Below the pieces are notes generated by a model. It did no database searches and was not told the DNA's origin. It worked only from the letters and a program-made list of their open reading frames with translations. Of a stretch of 64,000 nucleotides of DNA, positions 40,956 to 54,203 are shown in pieces. The translations under genes were made by a program, and so were the position numbers. Location: NCBI GenBank assembly GCA_951406725.2, contig OX597824.1:64914001-64978000 (forward strand), given 5' to 3'. Numbering within the stretch: the stretch's first letter is position 1; each line of letters starts with the position of its first letter. The stretch is from Octopus vulgaris (Eukaryota).

Positions 40956-41626
40956 GTGTTATTGAAACCAATTTGTGGTTATCTCCCAGTCATTCAACCG
41001 ACTACCTACATAATATAACTCTGAAAGATCAAAAGGTTAACGAACCCACAAATACAACAACAATAATAACACGGTCGACACAACTGACAAATGGGAGTGT
41101 ATGTAATCAACGGATGTGTAAAAATCTCCTCCGAAAAACTTCCCACTCACTGCAGGGCTTTATAATGAAAGCTATGTATTTTAAACACGAGCTTCCTTCG
41201 CCACTATCACCACTCCGACTACCTCATTAAAGACGATGCAGTCATAGGAAAAAAATATTGATAGAATGATTTTCCCGATCAGTGACCTCTGTGAAGTAGA
41301 GATGCCAGATGAATTGTGTTGCTGAACATCAACAATAGCATTGTATAATGAGAAACTTTCTTGTCTAGATTTTGTCGACGAATATTTGTACAGAAAAATC
41401 TGCGCACGCACACACACACACACACACATTATCTATAATAAACTATATCTACTTATATAGAGAATTACATGTACTCGGATATACATACGTATATACAGGG
41501 ATATGTGTGTGTGCATTTATGTACTTGTATGTGTATGTGTGTGTTGCACGCGTACATGTACACATACATAGATTGATTAATAGATACATACTGGTTTAGG
41601 TATATACGTGTATGTGTGTATGTGCA

Positions 41627-41701
<75 letters not shown>

Positions 41702-41999
41702 TACATTTATGTATATATTTTCCCTTCCTCTATCACACACACACATATAAGCATATCTTTCCGGCAATTCGATGCCTTTGTGTGTACGCGTATGCACACT
41801 TTTGTATTACACAACCCAATACATCTATATAAATATCATATATAGATGTGTGCGTATATACGTATGTGTATGTATGTGTATGTGTGTATGCGTGCGTGCG
41901 TACATACATACATACATACATACATACATACATACATACATACATACATACATACATACATACACACATACATACATACATACATACATACATACCACA

Positions 42000-42410
42000 G
42001 ACAGACGAAGTTGAATATATTGAGACCGATGGGTCACAAGAATATTGGTGGTACTTAAAAATCAAGACAATCACCAAGTTAATACATAACCGTCCAGATA
42101 TTGTTGTGTGGGGTCATTAAGAAAAGATATGTACTGTTGTGAAAATCAACTGCCCTCTAGACACCAATGTGGTTAGAAAAATACAAGAGAAAAGAGACAT
42201 CTAGTAACTGTTAACGAAGAGTTTGGAAATACAGTACCCAAGATACACTTTCATACTTATTATGGGAGCAACAGGATACATAACAACCCGCCGGGAGCAA
42301 AATATGGTCGAACTTGGAATTTTGGGTAGAGAATGCAAATCCTTAATTCATATGCTACAAATGGTCATGATATATGAAACTAAAATCTCTGCAAGACCTT
42401 CTTAAGATTT
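42000..42410 (+). mobile_element. R4/Dong-type LINE C-terminal endonuclease fragment
   Basis: EYWWYLKIKTITKLIHNRPDIVVW...CTVVKINCP...MGATGYI. Confidence 0.75.
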
Positions 42411-42552
42411 AAATGATGTTGATAAAATTAAGATACTTTCTTTCACAACCTTACTACCAAGTTGGTGGCCGGTAAAAATGTACTCGAAATTAAAAAGAGA
42501 AACAGAACACATATATGCAAACACGCACACATTTACATGATTACTATATATA

Positions 42553-42830
42553 ACTAGCACTTCGTCGGTTACGACGACGAGGGTTCCAGTAGATCCGATC
42601 AACGGGGAAAAAACCTGCTTGTGAAATTAACATGCAAGTTACTGAGCCATCTTGGGCAGACAAAGTTGGCGCTTAGAAATACAGGTGCAACTCATTTTCG
42701 CCAGATGAGTGGACTGAAGCAACATGAAATAAAGTGTCCTGCTCAAGGACACAACTCACCTCCGGGGATTGAACTCGCCACCTTACGATCGTTAACCAAA
42801 TACCCTAACCACTAAGCCACGCACCTTCAC
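42553..42830 (-). mobile_element. SINE family C (internally deleted)
   Basis: Shares GTCGGTTACGACGACGAGGGTTCCA and GCTCAAGGACACAAC...CCCTAACCACTAAGCCAC with 14547-14830. Confidence 0.85.
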
Positions 42831-43919
42831 AATATACATTTGCAATATGCATATAAATATGTGAATATATACATACATACACACATGTATATTTATATGT
42901 GTGCGTGTGTATGTGTGTGTGGCAGCATATTAGCTATTCTTATGTATGCGTGTATGTATGTATGCTATTCATAACTAAGATTCAAGCAGCCATATATAGG
43001 ATGCTGACACGCGTAATTTAAGACGCGTTTTTTTAAAGGAGAGATTGTACTTTTCAATCACGTTCATTTATTACACTGACAGTTTTATAATATATGTGGT
43101 TTTTCCTTTTCTTTTGCGTTAAATATATACGTGTGTATAATTGAAAATTGTACAGAAAATAAGAAAGCCATTATGTGCGACACACAATATTTCTGAGATA
43201 AAGATCTTGTATTGTCTTTTTTTCTCTTTCTTTTTTTCCTTTGTGGACGATGTAAGTGAAAATTATACCGCAAATAACAATCGAAATCATGAGGTAATTG
43301 CAGTATGAAGAAAGGCAGAATTGCAGTACAAACACTTCATATAAAGAATATCTATGGTGATGGAAAATAATAAGATATGATAAATATACGTGAAATATAT
43401 TGTCATTTGTACAGATGCGAATCGGGTCAAAAAATACCGAATTTCTTTTGTGAATAGAACAAATACACCAACGAAATAATTGAGATATGAACAACCGAAA
43501 GCAACAAGTGTTCTAAACATTGGATGCTGCAGCTGGAAATATATAAATAATGGAAGTAAAAATGGAGGAACTTCACAAATACGGGTTAAATGAAAAAGAT
43601 TCGTCTTACGAAAAACGGAATTTAAATTAAAAGTTACAAAACGTCAGATTGTGAGAAGATATGTATGTTATTTGATTGTGAGGAGATATATGCGAGGTGA
43701 TGTGAGGGGGAAGAGAAAGAAGGAGAGATATATAAATATACAAATATAGATATATAAATATCTATGCATATATATATCATATAAAGAAGTACATACATAT
43801 CTGTATATGATATATATATCAGAAACATATTTGTATATAGTACATATACATAGAAAAATACATATACATATACATACACACATATATATATATATATATA
43901 TATCCATATAGGTTCAGCA

Positions 43920-45790
43920 TTGTTCTAACCCCTTCCTTAAATCCTTAAATGACTATATGACCAGTATTAAACAATCTCCCAATCTGCACATTCTCGCAGA
44001 CAAAACCAAAAAATATTTATGAAGTAAACATTTCCACACACTCAAGACTCCTCACAAGCGCCACCACCAAAACATTGAAAAAAACATAATTCCACATACA
44101 AAGACAGAAACAGAGGCGCTAGCTATCTGCCTTAAGATAGAGGATCGCGTGGATCGCCTTGCCACGCGACTCCACCATAGGACCAAAAGCCTAACTTCCA
44201 TTCCAACCCCAAATGCAGGATGATCAACTCCTCCAAAAGCGTGATAGGTATCATTAGCAAGCATATTCTCGATACTATCAACTCTGACATCAGAAGGGCT
44301 ACAGAGTTGACTCAATGGTTTCCAGCGCAGCTGTGATTGACTGGTTCCGTGGTATCAAGAATAAATCAGCTTACAAATTCACGCAGTTCGACATTGTTGA
44401 CAACTCCTTTTTCGTATCTAAACTCCTCCTCCTGAAGACCCTAGTTTTTGTTGGACAATATACCAGCATTAGTGATCTTGATATCAGAATCGTCATGAAT
44501 GCCAGGAAGTCAATTCTGACCCATGATGTTTCCTTCTGGGTGAAGAATGAAGGCGATTCTTTGTTTGATGTCCCTATGGGAATCTTTGACGGGTCTGAAA
44601 TCGCCGACCTCGTCGGGATATACATTTTGAATACCCTCAAGAGACGTACCCATCCACATAGGTCGGCCCCTCTATATGGACGTTGGCCTGGCTATCTCAA
44701 GCCATATGAATGGCCACGCCATGGACAGGTTCAGGAAGTACTTGATAAGAATATTCAGAGTTCCTCCTGTCCATAGCTATTACTACCAGCCTGACGATTT
44801 CTTGGGCGTAGGCTTAGGCCTGAACACGGGAAAATACTGCCCTTACGGGAAGCCTAAAGAAGAAATGCTATATATCCATAAGAGCTCAAGTACCCACCCA
44901 CATCAACTCACGCTGTAACTAGAAACCTGGTTTCAGGCAATTAGCAAATGGGTGTCTAAACTCTCAGCCAGCATGGAGATCTTTAACAGAGCCGCCCACC
45001 CCCCAACCACTACAACGATGCTTTGGTTAGAAGCGGATTTTCTGAGAAGCTAAGGTATGAAGACGAACCCCAAACCTCCTCTTCTCACCCCAAAAGAATT
45101 AGGAAAAAGAAAATAATCTGGTATATTCCCCATTTAACATTGAAATTTCTACCAACGTAGCCAGGGGCTTGCTGTCGTTAATTAAGAAACATTTCCCCAG
45201 AGGCCATGATTATTATAAACTATTCAATACCCATAATCTCAAAGTAAGTAATTCCTGCTTAGACAACATCACATCCAACATCGCACACATCAACAGATGT
45301 AAAAACTCACTTACACAACGCACAAACCCATCTTGCAACCCTACCACCTGCGCCCAGGAGGACCCTGCCTTTCAAGGGCTGTAGTATACAGAGTCACCCT
45401 TACACCATCCGATGGCATTGCTAGTCACTATAAGGGCATGACAGCCAAGGACTTCAAGGGAAGATACTCCCAGCACTTACAGTCATTTACATCTGGGGAC
45501 ATAGAGAACTCCACACTTCTGTCGCGCTTTCTCTGGAAATTTTGTGACTTTCGAGACGAAACACCCATTATCAAGTGGCCTATTATCGGCAGGGTGTCAC
45601 CATATTCACCTGGTGCCCCTGACTGCCAGCTGTGCCTCTGCGAAAAACTGCATATCAGCTACCAAACCACAGTATCCATCAACAAGAAATATGAAATATC
45701 GTATTGCTGTCACCAGAGGTACACCCTTCTGATAAATTTCAAGCCACTGGCCGACGACAACCCGGATATACCTCTTCAGTATCAGCCTTA
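43920..45790 (+). mobile_element. Penelope-like retroelement: RT plus GIY-YIG endonuclease, frameshifted
   Basis: VIDWF, FTQFDIVD, FDVPMGIFDGSEIADLVG, LYMDVGLA (YxDD decayed), VVYRVT...YKGMTAKDFKGRYSQH, STLLSRFLW, CQLCLCEK. Confidence 0.92.
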
Positions 45791-46329
45791 TCCTAACACC
45801 GCCTGCACCAAGGTCACCATCACAAATTAATCCCCATGAACAGTACCGCAAATCACCAATCCCCAACACTTCTCCATGCTTGTCTATCAACATACTCTTA
45901 CTCCTTGTACATCACCTCTTGTAAATGACCACGCGAGTATAGGTGCGCGCGTGCATGTGCGTGAGTACGCATATACATCTGCTCACCGTATGCATGCGCA
46001 TAGATGTTTATGCGTGCGAGCGCACCATGTACGTGTGAACCCATTCGTGTGCATGTATGTACACGAGCACATTTATGTGTGTGCGCGTGTGCTCGTATGC
46101 TTTTGTACATGGAGATAAAGGTGTGCACGTGTGTGTGTGTGAGTTCGTGTGTGTACGTAAGTATGCGTATATGTGTATGCGTGTGCGTGTATGTGTGACT
46201 GTGTGTGCATGTTCGCGCCCACGAATGTGTGAATGTACATCTAAGCACACATGCACACTCGTATAAGTGTGGATGCATACACGCAGAGATCTGGACATAT
46301 ACATGTACATATATATATATTCCTACATC

Positions 46330-46592
46330 CACCAAACCAACACCAGGTGTCAAGCGGTGGTGGAGGACAAACACAGACATAAATACGCGCACACACACTC
46401 ACACACACATACACTCATACGCGCACATATATATATACTGCGGGTTTCTTTTAGTCTCCATCTACCAAACCCACCTACAAAGTTTTGGTTGACCCGAGTT
46501 TATAGTAGAAAACCTTAACCCAAAGTGTCATGCTGTGGGACTGAAACCTTAACCATGTGGTTAGAAAGTAAAGTTCTTATCACACGGCCACG
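46330..46592 (-). mobile_element. SINE family B (diverged, partial)
   Basis: GGACAAACACAGAC...TCTACCAAACCCAC...TGGGACTGAAACC..AACCATGTGGTTAG. Confidence 0.8.
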
Positions 46593-46740
46593 CCTGTGTC
46601 TACAAATCTGTGTATACACAAACATACATACATACACACACACAAACACATACACACACACACACATATATATATAAACATGTACATGCATATATGCATA
46701 CAAATACATACACGCACACACTTATACATATACACACACA

Positions 46741-46776
<36 letters not shown>

Positions 46777-47083
46777 GTGAAATAGAAAGATGAATAATCT
46801 TGTAGCAGATTAATCAAAAGTTTAACCGATACCTTGGTAGCAAAAATCACAGCAGAAGACAGCACGGTTGGAGGTACAACCATATGGTGTTGCAACCGTG
46901 CGTTGGTGCGGATAATTGAATTTTAATATTATTAGTGAATTGAAGAAATGGAGCTGAACGAAGATTGAACAGAAATCGTTTTATTTCATTCTACACGTGT
47001 TTCGAAAGGCACTTGTTTTTTCCAACGGATTTCCCATTTCTTCCTGAAGAGAAAGACACAATATGGTCTCATTATTCAATCGG

Positions 47084-47123
<40 letters not shown>

Positions 47124-47659
47124 ACATACACTATCGCACACACACACACACAATACACATTTGTGTATGTGTGTCTCGCGTGTCAGTGTGTGTGTGTGCT
47201 TGTGTGTGTGTGTGTGCGTGTGTGTTTGTGTGTGCGCGTGTGTGCATGTGTGTGTGTTGTGCAGTGTACAGACATTTAATGGTAATTCAAGTGATCGAAG
47301 TGACAATTGCTCAAATGAAAAATGTATCGACTTACATAAAATATTAGGAAGTTTCTCTGTCTCTCTATCCTTCCCTATCCTTCTCTCTCACTCTCCTTCT
47401 CCCTCCCTCTCACTCTCTTTCCCTATCTCCCTCTCCCTCTTTCTCTCTACTTTGGTCAAATGATTAAGATGAAGAAGTTTGCTTCACAATCACTCGAGAA
47501 GTACGTTAAGTATACATGTTGCTGTGAAATATTCAACCACTTACACGTCATCATTATTACAATGAGCCTGGTTTATCTGTTGGTCGGACAACTGACGCTC
47601 ACGATCACAAATTCTGACCGAGATCAATTCTGAAAAAAGAGAAACAGACAGACAGACAC

Positions 47660-47732
<73 letters not shown>

Positions 47733-47895
47733 CATACATACATACATACATACATACATACATACATACATAGACAAACATCGATACATGTATATATATA
47801 TATATATATATTTAAAAAAAGGAGATGTCGAACACGAGTGGTGATATATAAAAATGTGGTGATATATATACATATATATATGTATGTATATATAC

Positions 47896-47926
<31 letters not shown>

Positions 47927-47939
47927 TAAATGTATATAT

Positions 47940-47986
<47 letters not shown>

Positions 47987-48223
47987 CACGTTAGCTACAA
48001 TTTTATTTATATATTTGCGTGTCTGTGTGGAAAGAAGAAGTGGGAGGCAGAGTGAAAGAATCACTCACTACAGTAAGTGAATTAGTTTATATTCCTTATA
48101 TATTTGACACACACACCAGAATATAAATTTGCTTAACTGAGTTTAAATTTTAAAAACTGGAGCTGGCATGACCGATGCATTGTACTCTTAAAAATGCAAG
48201 GTAAATTGTAATTGAAGAAATCC

Positions 48224-48285
<62 letters not shown>

Positions 48286-48394
48286 AATGTATATATTTAT
48301 ATATTTTGTATAAAGGATCGTGGGTAAGGACAGAACAATGCAAAGTAAATACAAGGAAAATCACAAGAAAACAAATATATGAATTAACGTAGAC

Positions 48395-49000
48395 TTACTT
48401 TGCATTCAATATTTCGGGGTTATGACTCCATTTTCAAGAATTAAACGTATGTTGCCGATTTGCATGTGTGTGAGCGTGTGTGGAGTGGACATGCGCGGAA
48501 AGGTGTTGCTATAGCAACCAGCTAGCTTCCTGTAACTCTCTTTTGTTATTGATATTTGGTTTTCTTTGGTGTATTAGTATGGCCTCAGAGATTCTAAGGT
48601 TGCCCCTGTTCTGCTGTGCTGCCCTGATGTGCATAGTGAATTCCCGGGTCTAGCATTTCCGTAGATATTTCTTTACGGAAGTGGCTGCTTGCATGTGTTC
48701 TTTTATGCGTATATGCAGTTTTCTTGTTGTGCTTCCTATGTAGGATGCACCACATTTGCCACAGAGGTCCTCTGGCACAATTCAGGGTCATTAGTGGGGC
48801 AGTTCGATAATGTGCACTCCTTGGAGTAGCGAGAGGTGTTGTTCTTGGACAAAGCTTTTCTCAGGGAAGTGCCTGTGTGCACTCTCTGTATGTCGAGTCC
48901 TTCCCTGCGTGTTGTATCGCTGCAGTAGATCAGTCGCTAAGTCTCTCTGGAAGTGTCTCTGGGTGACTAATTTACTCCTTTTTATATTCATTTGTGGGAA
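48395..49000 (-). mobile_element. Penelope-like element 3' end: GIY-YIG domain plus terminal region
   Basis: Minus strand CGKCGASYIGSTTRKLHIRIKEH (YIG-x-T-x-R..R..EH) at ~48690-48765; degenerate hammerhead-like motif downstream at 48404-48441. Confidence 0.8.
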
Positions 49001-49440
49001 GTCACTTTGTTTTTGCTTTGTTCGTTGTCGCTCGTTACACGTATTCTTTTATTTTCTGTGTGTGTACATGTGTGTCGTGTAGACACTATTTATGTTGCTT
49101 GTAAATATTAGCATATGCACATGGATGCATGGACAGATGCATGTATAAGTAATTATTCAATTTACGTACTTACTGTGTAATTGGTGTGCTTTTGGCGGGT
49201 TCCTAGTGCTGGTTTCGACGTCTTGCGTATGTCACATTGAGATATTGCGCGTTTAAGAAAGAAACCAGACTGTATATAACAAAAATATCTGATTTCTTAG
49301 TTCCTTTCCTTTAACAGAACTTTTCCCATGGTTGTTTTGCAAAGTTTTCCTTTCATTGCAGCGATGTTATGGGATTTAGTTTGTTTTGTGGAGTGAGCTT
49401 CATAGTGTACGTTCATGTTGTTATATAGTCTGGAGCTATT

Positions 49441-49840
49441 AGGAGTGGCTGTGTGGTAAATAGCTTGCTTACCAACCACATGGTTCCGGGTTCGGTCCCA
49501 CTGCGTGGCACCTTGGGCAAGTGTCTTCTGCTATAGCCTCGGGTCGACCAGTGCTTTGTGAGTGGATTTGGTAGACGGAAAGAAACCTGTCGTATATATG
49601 TATGTGCGTGTATGTTTGTGTGTCTGTATTTGTCTCCCTAGCATTGCTTGACAACCGATGCTGGTGTGTTTACGTCCCCGTCACTTAGCCGTTCGGCAAA
49701 AGAGACCGATAGAATAAGTACTGGGCTTACAACGAATAAGTCCCGGGGTCGATTTGCTCGACTAAAGGTGGTGCTCCAGCATGGCCGCAGTCAAATGACT
49801 GAAACAAGTAAAAGAGTAAAGAGTAAAGAGTAAAAGAGAG
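49441..49840 (+). mobile_element. Full-length tRNA-derived SINE family B
   Basis: A box TGGCTGTGTGG, B box GGTTCGGTCCC, CORE-like CCTTGGGCAAGTGTCTT, (GAGTAAAA)n tail. Confidence 0.93.
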
Positions 49841-49887
<47 letters not shown>

Positions 49888-50513
49888 TGTTGTTTTATGT
49901 TTATTTTTTTCATATAATGCCATTTACTTTATCTGTGTTTTCAAGTAATGTTGACTAGTTTAAATCATTTCCACAGAATTCTTAACTTAAATTATTCCAT
50001 TAAACAATTATCATAATCTGAAATTCTTTTATTATCACAGAAATTATTTTCTTTCGTAGTTTCCTCTTTCTGTTTAACGAGTTGGCGATTTTCATAATCC
50101 GTTTATATTAATGAAGATTGTATTGAAATAAAGGAGATAATTAATAAGATGGAGGGGGAAGGGGATTCAGTGGCAGTTTTTAAACAATGTGATGAAAAGA
50201 AAGAGAAGGTCTAACAGTTGATGTTTGAAACTATAATATGTTCGGTGCTGGACTTTTATCTGAATAGAGTGGCGCATCGAGATAGGCATTTCAAGCATAT
50301 TCACATGTTTTTATATATGTGTGCACATGTGTATATGTATATGTGTTTATAGATATGTGTGTGTATGTGTGTGTGTGCACATTTGTAGGTATACAGTTTA
50401 TTTAGACTGATACAATACTCTGTTACTCTACAGTTTCTCTAGCGTGTTTCCGGTTCCTCAGATAAGAGAAGACTGGAGATATGAATGCATGTACATATGT
50501 ATTTGCATATGCG

Positions 50514-50548
<35 letters not shown>

Positions 50549-50549
<1 letters not shown>

Positions 50550-50942
50550 GGTGTGGCTGTGTGGTAAGTAGCTTGCTTACCAACCACATGCTTCCGGGTT
50601 CAGTCCCACTGCGTGGCACCTTGGGCAAGTGTCTTCTGCTATAGCCTCGGACCGACCAAAGCCTTGTGAGTGGATTTGGTAGACGGAAACTGAAAGAATC
50701 CCGTCGTATATATGTATATGTGTGCATATGTTTGTGTGTCTGTGTTTGTTCCCCCCCAACATCGCTTGACAACCGGTGCTGGTGTGTTTATGTCCCCGTA
50801 ACTTAGCGGTTCGGCAAAAGAGACCGATAGAATAAGTACTAGGCTTACAAAGAATAAGTCCTGGGGTGGATTTGCTCGACTAAAGGCGGTGCCCCAGCAT
50901 GGCCGCAGTCAAATGACTGAAACAAGTAAAAGAAAAGAAAGA
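50549..50942 (+). mobile_element. Full-length SINE family B
   Basis: Close match to 49441-49840. Confidence 0.93.
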
Positions 50943-51022
50943 ACAACACACACACATACATACACACACGCACGCACACACACACACACACACACATACA
51001 CACGCACACACGCACATATATA

Positions 51023-51885
51023 CTAGGTCTGATCAATAAGTATCCGGACTGTCGGCATAGTAATGTAGCTAAAGCACGCAGAGTAAAGTTGCTTGGCACA
51101 GATTGACCTTGACCTCTGTAGTGCATGTGCACTAAGTTTTAACGTCCTGACTCACTTCCGCTGTTTATAGCACTGCTTCGGAGTAACGTGTGTAACGGGT
51201 GATCGTCGCATTGACCATGACAGAGAATGTTGTCATGGTAATACCTGTCCAGAGGCCTGCGCAAAGCTGCAGGAAGTGTATACAGAGGAGTGTATGAGCC
51301 CACACAAGTGTACGAGTGGTTCAGGCGTTTCCAAGATGACAGAAAAAATGTCAATATTGACGAACGTTCTTGGAGACCTGCAGCCAGTAGAACTGCGAAA
51401 AACATCGCAGGTGTACTAGCAGCTGGGAGGGGGGTCGAATCACCATCCGTGATTTATCACAGAATGTGCAGATTCATTGCGGTTCAGTTCAGTCCATTGT
51501 CACTGAAGATTTGGGTATGAGACGCGTATCTGTCGAATTTGTGCCAAAACTGCTTTTAGCAGACCGAAAAGACACTCGGATTTCAGTTGCACAACATCTC
51601 AATGATTGTGTCGAGGACGATGAAAACTTTCTGAAAACTTTGCGTAGGCCTCTGATCAGGTATCACCAAACTTTTGGCAAAATCTCTGCTCAACTTTCTC
51701 TGTTATGGTCAATGCGACCAACACACGCCACACACGTTACTTCCAAGCACTGCTGTAAACATCGGAAGTGAGCTAAAACATTAAATCTTAATGCGCATGC
51801 ACAGCAGAGTTCAAAATCAATCTGTGCCAAGCGGCTTTAGCTTCGTTGCTATGGAACGGTTCGGATATTTATTGATCAGACTACG
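51023..51885 (+). mobile_element. Non-autonomous mariner derivative with long inverted arms and TA flanks
   Basis: TA|CTAGGTCTGATCAATAAGTATCCG ... CGGATATTTATTGATCAGACTACG|TA; internal VYEWFRRFQ..DERSWRP and DLGMRRVSVEFVPKLL. Confidence 0.9.
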
Positions 51886-53041
51886 TATATATATATATTC
51901 TTTTATTACTATATATACATATTTATACACGCACATACATATACGTGTGTGTGTGTGTACATATATACTCATGCATGCACACACATATTTATATGTGCAT
52001 TTATGCATGTACGTATGTGTATGTGTCTGTGCACGCGCATGTTTGTTCACATTTCTTAGAAAGATCGCTTAGGTCAGTGTTGTCCATAACCTCCCATCAA
52101 CAATTTCTCGTTTCGAAGACATACGAAATATGTTATTCTTTAATTGGAAAAACAAATAAGGGTTACTGTCAGAAAGGATCAGCATGGAGAAACGAGTAAC
52201 GCGAAAGAAAAATTGAAAGAATATAGATATTAGATAGATAGATAGATAGATACATACATACATACATACATACATACATACATACATACATACATACATA
52301 CATACATACATACATACATACATAAAAAGAAAAAGTGCATAGCGTTACATTAAATAATGTTTCAAAAATTTAACAAAAACTCAACAAACAGAAAATTCGT
52401 GGCTAATTCCTCATCAGTCAACGTCCAAAAGAGCAAACCAATTTTGCACCTTTAATGATGATAGTGTTCATATTTAGTGGCGCCAGCAGCGTGGAGTCAC
52501 TGGAAATAGTGATCGAACGTACAGGACACTGACGAAAGCAAACACGACAAAATAAAATAATTATACATATAAAACGAAGAAAGGCCGTGCGGCCGCAAGA
52601 TGGAGGAATATTAGGCAACGCGAAGGAAAATATCCTGTTGGGCTGGAAACGAGAAAGGGGCAAATAGAAAATCAGAATGAAAGGTGAAGAAAACAAATCC
52701 TGTAAAAAGAAAAGATAGAGAAGTAGAGAGAAACGTGACTGACCGAGTCAATGGTAGGGCGAAAAAGGAAATGGATGAGAGAGATGTGAATGGTCACGGG
52801 TCATGTAGTAGTGGGAGACGAGAGAAAGAGTGGAGGGCAAAGGGACAGAAGTAACACTGAAGAAAGTGTTAAAGAGAGGAAGAGAAGGGGGAAAAAAGAT
52901 AAAAAAGAGAGAGGGAGAAAGGTAAAAGAGAAAGAAAGAGAAAAGAGACAGAAATAGACTTCGCACAAAAAATATTCAACTGAATATTCTACAAAATATG
53001 TAAAAAAAAGAAATAAGAAAGTGCGTCTCAAGCATAACTGG

Positions 53042-54018
53042 ACAGTCTAAAGTGTAACCGGCCGAAACTGTAAGGATAATCTGGAAACTTGACTGAAGAG
53101 AGAAGGCCACGAATGACTCGTCCTTGTTTTTCCTGTCCGTCTTTGTAATGTCTATCTGTTCGGATGTTTCATTGTCATATGTTGCCTTCTTGTTCCATTT
53201 TTGGATTTATACATACATATAGCGGCGCACGTAGACTTTTGCTCACCTTGTATGTATGTATCTAGATTCTGTACAATTCTTTTACTATTTCTTTTAGTCC
53301 CCCTCATAGTTTCTTCTTTCTTTTCACTTTTTTTCACGCTCCCTTTCTCTCACATTTCTTGTCCTTCTCTTTCTTTAATCTATCTACTTTCCGTATTCAT
53401 CTCCCTTGCACCTTCTCTATACCGCTTTGATTTTCTTTCTTTCCAGTTCTCCACCTAATTATTCAACCCTTCTTTCCCCGACCTCTCTCCTTTCCTTCCA
53501 CGAGACCGGTGTTCGGCTTAAGCATGACCTTTCTTTCTTGGCTTGATTGCCGACCTCGAAGCACCTCTTATAATCTCATGACTTTCATCTCTTAGGTTCA
53601 TCTCCTATGTTCCTGCCTCAAGGCTTTCACTCTACACATGCCAGCTCAATTTGATTCGTCCCTAATAGTCGAAAGACACCCGTTGTTATTTTCTTGCTGC
53701 TTGTATTTGTAATTTTGTAACATTTTCTCCGTTCTTTTTTGTTTCTGCTTTTTTTCTGTCTGTTGTACACACTCGCTTGCTTTCTCCCAAAATATTTAAT
53801 GCTCTTGGCTTAGACTTTGGGGGTTAACCAGATTTGAACAGCCTCAAGTGTAACCGGCCGAAAGTGTAAGGATAATATGGAAACTTGACTGAGGAGAAAA
53901 GGCTACGAATAACCCGTCCTTGTTTTTTCCTGTCCGTCTTTGTATCATTTATCTGTCCGGATGTTTTATTGTCATCTATTGTGTTCCTGTTCCATTATTT
54001 GGATTTATATATACATAT
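53042..54018. mobile_element. Unclassified non-coding element bounded by ~175-bp direct repeats
   Basis: AAGTGTAACCGGCCGAAA.TGTAAGGATAAT.TGGAAACTTGACTGA...TGGATTTATA at ~53042-53220 and ~53838-54018. Confidence 0.65.
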
Positions 54019-54038
54019 ATATATATTTATTTATATAT

Positions 54039-54113
<75 letters not shown>

Positions 54114-54150
54114 TAGAACTTATATATTTATATGTAGGTACATACATGTA

Positions 54151-54199
<49 letters not shown>

Positions 54200-54203
<4 letters not shown>

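Noticed and set aside
46990-47085. Minus-strand GAAACACGTGTA half-hammerhead
   Set aside because: Palindromic helix III and GUA are present, but no recognisable CUGANGA box or helix I.
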